NCBI GenBank assembly: GCA_963843465.1
Contig: CAWJKP010000001.1
Span: 2,355,933-2,419,932, forward strand
Length of the DNA: 64,000 bases
Reading direction: 5' to 3'
Origin: Pirellulales bacterium
Lineage (GTDB): Bacteria > Planctomycetota > Planctomycetia > Pirellulales > Thermoguttaceae
The notes beneath the pieces were generated by a model. That model did no database searches, was not told the origin of the DNA, and worked only from the letters and a program-made list of their open reading frames with translations. The translations under genes were made by a program, and so were the position numbers. Positions 58,101 to 64,000 of the stretch are shown piece by piece. Position 1 is the stretch's first letter, and the number at the start of each line of letters is the position of its first letter.

Positions 58101-59873
58101 CCCTTGCCGACGCTTGAGGTTCCCGTGCTGGCCCGGCAATGGACGGTTTGGATTCCGCCCGGCTACCTGCCCGGCGACCCCGATCCGCGATGGCAAACGC
58201 CGCGGGACGAGCCGCCGAGCTGGTCGCAGCGGTTGCTCGGTCCGCTGGGTCAGCCGGCCGGCCATCGGCCCTTCGATCCGGCGCGGATGAGCGATTGGAC
58301 GGGGTTGGTCGACTCGCGGTATCCGGCCCTTGCCGCGGCGAAAGCTACCGAGCTCGTCGAGCGGATCGGCCGCTATGCGGCCCTTTGCACCAGTTCGGGA
58401 AAAGCTCGTGGTGCAGGCGTCCCGCCTGCCCAAAGAGCCGTACCGCCTGCCCAAGCAGCCGGGACGGCTGCACCACAAGAACGCGCCGGCGATTGGGGTT
58501 CGTTTTTGAGCGACCCGGCCGTCCTGGGCCTCTTCTCCACCAGCGTCAATGCGGTCCGTGGCCCGACCCTGCTGGTCGACGGTGAGGCCCTGGACCGGCT
58601 GGGACTGACACCCCGCACGCCGATCGGCGCAACGGACACCCGGGGTGTGGCAAAGATCGACGGTGTGGGGATCCTCGACCAGGCGGGCTTGGCATTCCTG
58701 GTCCACGACGACGCCCTGGTGCTCACCGCCGCCGACGAAGTGGCGCTGGACCGCGGCCAACTCGTGCCGCTCCGGGACGGCGTCGGTTGGCAAGTCCTGC
58801 CCGGGCCGCTCTGGGAGCTGATTCACCTCGCGGCCACCGCCGAGAAGGAGCCGGACGGCTCGCTGCCGATTCCCGCCGCCGCCTGGACGCAGTTGCACCG
58901 CCAGGCGGAGATGCCCTGGTCCGCATCGCGGCTGGCCGGCTACCAATCCGGCGATACGCTCGGATGGCGGGCCTGCCGTCTGGAGCTTTCCGATCGCCAG
59001 CCGGTCCATTTGACGGTGGTCCGCCGCAGCGCGATGGAGGCCCTCCGCTGGGCGATTTTCCTGGCGGTTGTCGCCGCCGTGTCTTGGTGGGGCGTCGATC
59101 GCACCGCGGTGATTATTGCCCTGGCCGGACTCTTGGCGGCGGCAGCCCTGCTGCTGCCGGGAACCCTGGCGACCATCGTCTCCGGCGCTCTTCTGGGAAC
59201 TCTCTTGGGCCTGGCTTTTCCCTGGGTGCGGCAAAGGCCCGTGGTGGCGGCGGCCGGCGGGCCCGGACCGAGCGGAAAATCCCCGTCCTCCGTATCGACT
59301 CTTACCCACGCGGCCACCCAGCTTGGGTGGCTGATCGTGCTGAGCGGCGGCGCCCTGGGACTGCCCGCGCTGGCCCGCGCCGCGGATCCGGCATTGCCCA
59401 ATAAGGGAGGAAACGCAGTAGGATGGGTCTCCAGACCCGTCCCGGACGGCTCTGGAGAGCCATCCTACATGATTCAGCTTGCTGCCGGGGAGGCAACTAC
59501 CCCGGCGGCGGCGACCCCTGCGGCCGCAGCAGCCCCCGCCGGCGGGCAGCCGGCAGCCGCCGTGCAGCAGGCGGCCCCGTCGGAGAGCAGGGCGCCCGCC
59601 GCCGTGCCGCCGTTGCACAATGTCTTCATTCCGATCGACAAGCAAGACCGGCCGACGGGGGACAAGTATTATCTGTCGGAGGATCTCTACAACGAGCTGC
59701 ACCGCCGCGCCGCGGCCGTGACCGACGAGCCGCAAGGCTGGCTGCTCGGCTCGGCCACCTATCACGCCGTGCTCGCCTGGCAGGCGGCGCCCGACCGGCT
59801 GGTGCTCAACGAGCTGCGGGCGTCGTTCGAGCTGGTGGTCTTCGGCGCCGGGCGCGGGTCCGCATTCCCTTGA
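55122..59873 (+). CDS. Giant exported protein, paralog 2 of 3 (1583 aa) containing four in-frame palindromic repeat insertions
   Basis: Signal-like MSGPLPGWPILFVAALAGLAW. C-terminal TM segments LRWAIFLAVVAAVSWWGV / AVIIALAGLLAAAALLLPGTLATIVSGALLGTLLGLAF. Intact 4.75-kb ORF in 68% GC. Repeat families F, A, IS66-TIR-like and H lie at 56662-56749, 57293-57372, 57948-57993 and 58408-58476 without breaking the frame. Confidence 0.6.
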   Translation: MSGPLPGWPILFVAALAGLAWETGAWGAEGAPPAVKEAPPLVYRRMFAPADRMELWPRGGARLVPMQAAEFERLTSIARMAASGSDASIAAAVASAGYRAKLSGDVLTEGEASLEIVHTAQGAVMLPLDPCGLAVSKAAWSVDESKPAQLGLGADGKLRVLVERSGMLKLAWSLRGRRDAAGAEDFSLELPPAPSSHLILDLPEKTVPLVDHGIVVKDANEEKGAVRWRIELGGNHRLRLRILPGEDLATAGPLTRVRQSLDYKFSLHGLDLDARFQLDVHNEPLRQIAVSMDRGLQLVSARCGNAPVAWSVMAPTPDSRSLRVVLEFPEPIQGTGRVLSLGTVAPLRTDARWKLPSIRPEGLFWQEGAATLAVARPLLLEQLLVHRGRQFRLESLLPPNQGERTEIQLFSPEAELEVLLARAQSPLLVDSATSIELTGGQMTGRVGANFHLADGERYQLQADIGRGWIIDSVDSLPAEAIGDWDVEEAEALAPAATPAVSLATGKRQLEQISSVGNALRGVPQPAEKGILPSRNATEGVPYRRKLVVRWTQALSPARPAQLLVSGRRLHSPLGESLSIDDLVPLVFRASAGAHRLVAVSAVEPYQVKVSGAEQVSLLSPASLDSSVAKLFARPPRGVVFENTPAAAGLKFSLENQRPQYAAAIHVEATVSDRSLAESYRLVCTPESARVQRLVVEFSPHRQGPLRWTLVGDGEDPPTARPLPSGIGPFFGGKGRLAHSPGAENRDLSPLAAAAQPGEDRQRWEILLRKPKSTPFEIRAVRTSALELLPASPQPVSLASLPEATRQQATLTVAAIGSRAVRIAARLLEPLPIEVPDAGRYTTVRAAYRYDPSHNVPSAPQAVLYLLPAAAGSDGPAAWAWSCRLQSRLDDEGTGRHLVTYRLENSGRRRLTVALPGGVSLGQVRGIWVDGVRAAWQSSGRSAPHAPREGMRHAERDECNRLEVELPAGERYPVVRLQYTTHGPPLGLVSRLDPPLPTLEVPVLARQWTVWIPPGYLPGDPDPRWQTPRDEPPSWSQRLLGPLGQPAGHRPFDPARMSDWTGLVDSRYPALAAAKATELVERIGRYAALCTSSGKARGAGVPPAQRAVPPAQAAGTAAPQERAGDWGSFLSDPAVLGLFSTSVNAVRGPTLLVDGEALDRLGLTPRTPIGATDTRGVAKIDGVGILDQAGLAFLVHDDALVLTAADEVALDRGQLVPLRDGVGWQVLPGPLWELIHLAATAEKEPDGSLPIPAAAWTQLHRQAEMPWSASRLAGYQSGDTLGWRACRLELSDRQPVHLTVVRRSAMEALRWAIFLAVVAAVSWWGVDRTAVIIALAGLLAAAALLLPGTLATIVSGALLGTLLGLAFPWVRQRPVVAAAGGPGPSGKSPSSVSTLTHAATQLGWLIVLSGGALGLPALARAADPALPNKGGNAVGWVSRPVPDGSGEPSYMIQLAAGEATTPAAATPAAAAAPAGGQPAAAVQQAAPSESRAPAAVPPLHNVFIPIDKQDRPTGDKYYLSEDLYNELHRRAAAVTDEPQGWLLGSATYHAVLAWQAAPDRLVLNELRASFELVVFGAGRGSAFP
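56662..56749. repeat. Family F palindrome inserted in-frame in giant gene 2
   Basis: CTGTAGGGAACGCCCTCCGTGGCGTTCCG...CGGAACGCCACGGAGGGCGTTCCCTACAG translated as ...SSVGNALRGVPQPAEKGILPSRNATEGVPYRR... Confidence 0.55.
57293..57372. repeat. Family A REP-like element inserted in-frame in giant gene 2
   Basis: GGGATTGGTCCATTTTTCGGCGGGAAAGGCCGTTTGGCGCATTCACCCGGGGCCGAAAACAGGGACCTGTCCCCTTTGG translated as ...GIGPFFGGKGRLAHSPGAENRDLSPLA... Confidence 0.55.
57948..57993. repeat. IS66-TIR-derived palindrome (CCTCACGCTCCGCGTGAGG...CGTCACGCGGAGCGTGACGAG) in-frame in giant gene 2
   Basis: Matches the CTCGTCACGCTCCGCG / CCTCACGCGGAGCGTGAGG sequences at the IS66 ends (23390, 24913-24953). Confidence 0.5.
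58408..58476. repeat. Family H palindrome in-frame in giant gene 2
   Basis: GTGGTGCAGGCGTCCCGCCTGCCCAAAGAGCCGTACCGCCTGCCCAAGCAGCCGGGACGGCTGCACCAC. Confidence 0.5.
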
Positions 59874-62800
59874 AACGCGAGGGAGCCAGCCTGCTGCCGG
59901 ACGGGGCCACGTTGGACGGCCGGGTGGTCCAGCCCGAGTGGCAACAAGACGGCAATGTGCTGAGCCTCGAAGTGGCCGAGGCGGGCCGGTACCACCTGGA
60001 GCTCTCCCTTTTGCCGGCGATGCGCTCCGGTGCGGCGCAAGGCGGCTTCGATCTGAGCATTCCGCGGCTGGCCACGTCGCGGCTGGAGCTTTCGATCCCG
60101 CCGGACGCCCCGCTGATCGAGGTGCCCTCGGCCCTCGGCCGCACGGTTTACGAGGGCGACCCGGCGCGGGTGGTCGCCGAATTGGGAGCCACGGATCGGC
60201 TGAGCGTTCGTTGGCCGGACGGCGCCTCGCGGGGCTCCGTCGAGCCTGCCGTCGATTTGGAACAGTATCTTTGGCTCAAGGTGCAACCCGGCTCGGTGCG
60301 GCTCGACACGCGGTTGAAGCTGCACCTGGTGGAGGGCCGCATCCGCGAGTTCCTGGCGGCGGCGGATCCGCGGTTGCGGTTGCTGCCCTTGGCGGCCGAT
60401 TCGCCGGTGGCCCAGGTTTCGCCGGTGGCCCAGGCGTCGAGCACGCCCGGAGCGCCCAGATCCTCCGCTTCGAGCTCGCCCGGCCCGCCTCCGACCAGGT
60501 GACCGTCGACGCCTCGTTTCTCTTGACCGGCACGTCCGGCGTGGGGAATCTCGGGCTGCCGCGGCTGGAGGTGCTCAACGTGCGTACCACGAAGCGCTGG
60601 ATGGCGGTCTCCGTCGATCCTTCGCTGGAGCACGAGATCCAGGCCTCCAACCGGCTGGAGGCACTCACCGGCCAAACCTTCACCGCCGCCTGGGGCGCGG
60701 CGGGCGCCCCGCCGCCGGCGGCGGGCCCCGCGCCGCTGGCCGCCTACAGCCTGGCTTCCGGCGAGCCGGCGTGGAGCCTGGCCACGCGACCCCGCGAGCC
60801 GCGGACGCTCGTCGACCAGGTCCTCTCGCTGGACTTCGATCTCGACCGGGCCGAGGTCCAGTACCAAGCCCGCCTTGTCACCCAGGCGGGCGACAGCTTT
60901 TGCTACCAGATTCTCGCCCCCGCCGAACTTGAAGTGGAGCAGGTTTCGCTCCTGGCCGACGCGGTTGAGCGGGTGGCCCGCTGGAGCCGGGGACCCCAAG
61001 GGACCTTGAACGTCTTCCTCAACGGCCCTGCCAGCGGCCAACAGAGTCTCACCATCCGTGGGCACTTGCCCCTGGCCAGTCCGCAGAACGTGCCGCTGCC
61101 GGTGATTCACATCGAGGGCGCCGAGTTGCACAGCAGCCTGATCCGGCTTCTGCGCCGGCCGGCCGTGGAAGTGAAAGTCAGCCAGACCGCCGGTCTGAAG
61201 GCCGTCGAAGCACCGGCCCCCGACGACAAGTCCGCTGCCGGCCGCCCGGTGGCTTCGTTCCAGGTAAGCCAGCCGAGCTACCGGGCCACGCTCTCCGTCC
61301 GGCCGAATCACCCCGAGCTGCGAGCCCGCCAAACTACCGTCTTGCGTTTCGACGGCGAGCAGCGGGAAGCGAGGGTCGAGTTCCAGATGGACGTCGAGCA
61401 TGGGCTGGTCGATGAGCTCTCGCTGCGGGTGCCGCCGGAGTGGAGCGGCCCTTACGAAGTCGATCCACCGGCGGCGATTAAGGTCCAGGAGGCCGGCGTG
61501 ACCCAGCGGCGGTTGATCGTGCAACTGCCCGCGTCGATCACGGGCCGCTACCACCTGGTGCTGACGGGCCCGCTGACGGTGCCCTCGGGTCAGCGGGTGC
61601 GGGTGCCCGAGATCCTCCTGGAAAACGCCAGGCTGGATCGCCACGTGCTCATCCTGCCGACCCAGGCCCAATTGCACCCGGTCGCCTGGGACGTGCAAGG
61701 TCTGAAGGAGATCCCTCTGCCCGGGGATTTCTCCGCGCCGCCGGTGGCCCGCGAATCGTTCGTCGCCTACCAGGTGGACGGCCCGTCGTTTCACGGCGTT
61801 CTCCGGCCGCTGTCGGGCGTCGCCCAGATCCAGCTTGCCGACGTGAGCCTGGCCTGGCGGGCGGACGGCGGCTACGCGGGCGTCGCGCTGTTGGACGTCG
61901 AGACGGCCGGCCGCAAGGAAGGCACGCTGCGGATGCCGGAAGGCTCGCGGTTGGTGGCGGTCCGCGTGGCGGGAATCCCGGTGAGCCCGGAGGCAGCCGG
62001 CCGCCATCGCTGGAAACTGACGTTTTTTCCCAGCGACCTGCCCGAGCGCGTCGAGGTGGTCTTCGACGGCGTGTTGGCCGGCGCGGACGTACCGGGGGCT
62101 CGGCGGTTCGAGTCGCCGACGTTGGAGGGTCACCCTGTCCGCCAGACCCTCTGGACCATTTCCGGCCCGCCCTCGCTGTGGCCGGGAAAGGCCGTAGGGC
62201 TGAAGTCGCTCGACCGCCGGGAGCAGGATCTGGTCCGTCTGCGAAGCCTGACGGCGATGCTCAAGGGGGCCGAGGATTTCAGCGGCGAAGAGCGGAGCCA
62301 GACCAACGCCTGGCGCGCCCGGTGGTCTGGCCGCTGGCGAGCCGCCCGGGACGCCGTCGGCCGCTGGCTGGTCCTTCGCAGCGGCGAGGAAACGAGTGTC
62401 GGTTCTGATGGAGGACGGATTGGCAATTCGTCCTACGAACCACGAATTGGCAATCCGTCCTACGAACCACGGATTGGCAATCCGTCCAGCAGTAGGGCCG
62501 ACAGCCGCGAGAGCCTCAAGCAAGAGCTATCGGTCCTCGAGGGGTCGGTCGCCTGGGTAGCCGAGAGCGAGGACACGGGGACACGGGGACGCGGGGACAC
62601 GGGGAACTGGGGACGCGGAGACGCGGGGACTGCTAGGACATCCGCGGCCGACAATCCTCCGGCGCTGTGGCAGAACTGCCTGGACCGGCCCGACAATGCG
62701 ACCCGTTGCCTTGCCGCGGACGGCGCCGCGTCCGTGGTGTTGGACTACCGGGCCCGCGCGTCGGACTCCTGGTGGGGGCGGTTGGTGGCCGCCTGCGGCC

Positions 62801-63054
62801 TGGGGCTGCTGGTCGTGGCTTGCGTAATGGGGAGCCGCCGCGGTGTATCGCTGGCCTTTCTCAGCCGCTGGCCGCACGTGCTGGGCGTGGCCGCCGGCCT
62901 GGCCTGGTGGCTCTGGCTTTGGCCCAACGCTTTAGGCTGGCTGATGGTCCTCGCCTCTCTGGTCTGCTCGGTTCGTTCGGGTTGGAAATGGTCCAAACCG
63001 CGCGGCAAGTCGTGGCGATCCAACGGGGTAATCAGTGCGCGTCACACGCAATGA
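59870..63054 (+). CDS. Giant membrane-anchored protein, paralog 3 of 3; probable TTG start overlapping the previous stop (TTGA); apparent frameshift near 60450
   Basis: Frame-2 segment LKREGASLLPDGATLDGRVVQPEWQQDGNVLSLEVAEAGRYHLELSLLPAM...SIPRLATSRLELSIPPDAPLIEV is protein-like and paralogous to the N-terminal regions of paralogs 1 and 2. From about 60480 the frame-1 ORF continues (LEVLNVRTTKRWMAVSVDPSLEHEIQASN...) to a C-terminal triple-TM anchor (LVAACGLGLLVVACVMG / VLGVAAGLAWWLWLW / LMVLASLVCSV). The first ~170 aa of the listed 1038-aa ORF (R/G-rich) are rejected. Confidence 0.5.
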
Positions 63055-63089
63055 AGACTCCCTGTCCCTCCGGGAGACGGAAGGTTGCC

Positions 63090-63782
63090 TCAGTGGAATC
63101 TCCCGCACTTCGGCGATGACTGTCGAAGCCGGTTCATTCCCTCGTCCGTGACCTGCGTGCCGTCCACGTTCAGCCACAAGAGGTTTGTCAGTCCCTTCAG
63201 ATGCTCCAAGCCGGCATTCGTTACCCGGGTGTGGGAGAGGTCCAACTGGCGGAGTTGTGTAAGTCCCTTCAGGTGCCGTAAGCCGGCATCCGTGATCTTC
63301 GCGCGACGTAGACCCAACTCCTGAAGTTGCGTGAACCCTTTCAGATGCTCCAAGGTGGCGTCAGTGACCTTCTCGCCGTGAAGACTTAAACCTCGGAAAT
63401 GCCTCAGCGCACTGAGTTGCTCGAAGGCGGCGTCGTCAACGGAAGAACCAAAGCACACTTCATCAACTGTTGCGAAGAAGTGCTCGCCCAACACGCCGCG
63501 GAGCCACGCTGGGCCAGGCGGAGCGCGATCGCCAGGCCCTGGACTTGGCATACCAGGTGCGACAGGGCCCGGCACCGGATAGTCATGTTCGTACCAGACG
63601 TACGCACCTAGCCCCCTTAGCCTCTCCACCGCCTTATCTTCCTTTTGGGTTCTCTCGATTCTGGTGGCAAGCCAGCTCATCGCGAGGCTCGCGAAGAGCA
63701 CGAGAAGCATGAGGGAACGAAGGCTGAACTGGAAACGGCGGCGCTTGCGGACGGCGGCATCGCGCTTCGATTTCACGACCAT
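63090..63782 (-). CDS. Leucine-rich-repeat (LRR) protein with N-terminal membrane anchor
   Basis: TM segment LMLLVLFASLAMSWLA. C-terminal 24-residue LRRs (TDATLEHLKGFTQLQELGLRRAKITDAGLRHLKGLTQLRQLDLSHTRVTNAGLEHLKGLTNLLWLNVDGTQVTDEG). Confidence 0.65.
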   Translation of the reverse strand: MVVKSKRDAAVRKRRRFQFSLRSLMLLVLFASLAMSWLATRIERTQKEDKAVERLRGLGAYVWYEHDYPVPGPVAPGMPSPGPGDRAPPGPAWLRGVLGEHFFATVDEVCFGSSVDDAAFEQLSALRHFRGLSLHGEKVTDATLEHLKGFTQLQELGLRRAKITDAGLRHLKGLTQLRQLDLSHTRVTNAGLEHLKGLTNLLWLNVDGTQVTDEGMNRLRQSSPKCGRFH

Positions 63783-64000
63783 TCTCCGTCTTAGGAACTC
63801 GCCTCGCTAACGCATCCGACCTTGTCCGGCCCTCGGCCGCGTAAAACTTGAGCAATTCCGACACGAATGCGCGGTAATTTCGAGGTTGGTTTTGTCCCAT
63901 CGGCTGTAACTGCCGACGGGCCGAAGGCCCAGCCGTTCGCCCAGCCCTGGGCAACGCCCAGGGGAGTCGGCAACACCATGATTTTCGTACCGGCCCAACG

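Noticed and set aside
59938-60450. N-terminal ~170 aa of the listed 1038-aa ORF (MATRRQCAEPRSGRGGPVPP...)
   Set aside because: An extremely Arg/Gly/Pro-rich, non-protein-like stretch. The overlapping frame-2 translation is protein-like and paralogous to the N-terminal regions of the two upstream giant genes. The gene is therefore modelled as starting at the TTG at 59870 with a frameshift near 60450.
63807-63998. Short ORFs at the window end
   Set aside because: About 60 codons, no motif and no start context. There is insufficient evidence in a GC-rich background.

Overview
This is a 64 kb, high-GC (about 67-68%) bacterial window. I infer it comes from a Planctomycetota-type genome, based on PQQ-beta-propeller/TPR giant proteins, a Ser/Thr kinase fused to an FGE-sulfatase domain, secreted proteins with an 'RRLRFEDLEARL' N-terminal motif, and LRR, HEAT and EF-hand lipoproteins. 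Core genes I can support directly are argH, thyX, uvrA, mscL, gdhA, uxaC, an inositol monophosphatase, a two-component sensor kinase with its response regulator, a hybrid sensor kinase, a sigma-54 activator, an nfeD-flotillin operon and a POT peptide transporter. Interleaved with these is accessory material: an IS66-family insertion sequence, at least six families of palindromic MITE/REP-like repeats, and two toxin-antitoxin-like pairs (DUF4160/DUF2442 and DUF433/DUF5615) next to a Uma2 endonuclease. The strongest candidate for an undescribed system is a conspicuously lower-GC two-gene cassette (20087-21766) wedged between argH and thyX. It encodes an AAA_15/21-type (ABC-like) ATPase followed 3 nt later by a 195-aa protein with a PD-(D/E)xK-like D...EVK motif, which looks like a two-component anti-phage defence module. 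A second candidate is a block of three translationally coupled (ATGA/TTGA overlaps), paralogous giant genes (51823-63054) encoding 1000-1600 aa exported proteins with C-terminal membrane anchors. The middle one carries four different palindromic repeat elements inserted in-frame. Many otherwise conserved genes show single frameshifts, several at homopolymer runs (gdhA, the PQQ protein, M23 peptidase, nfeD, flotillin, POT, the kinase and giant gene 3). Uncorrected indel sequencing errors are the most economical explanation. No rRNA, tRNA or CRISPR array was recognised.
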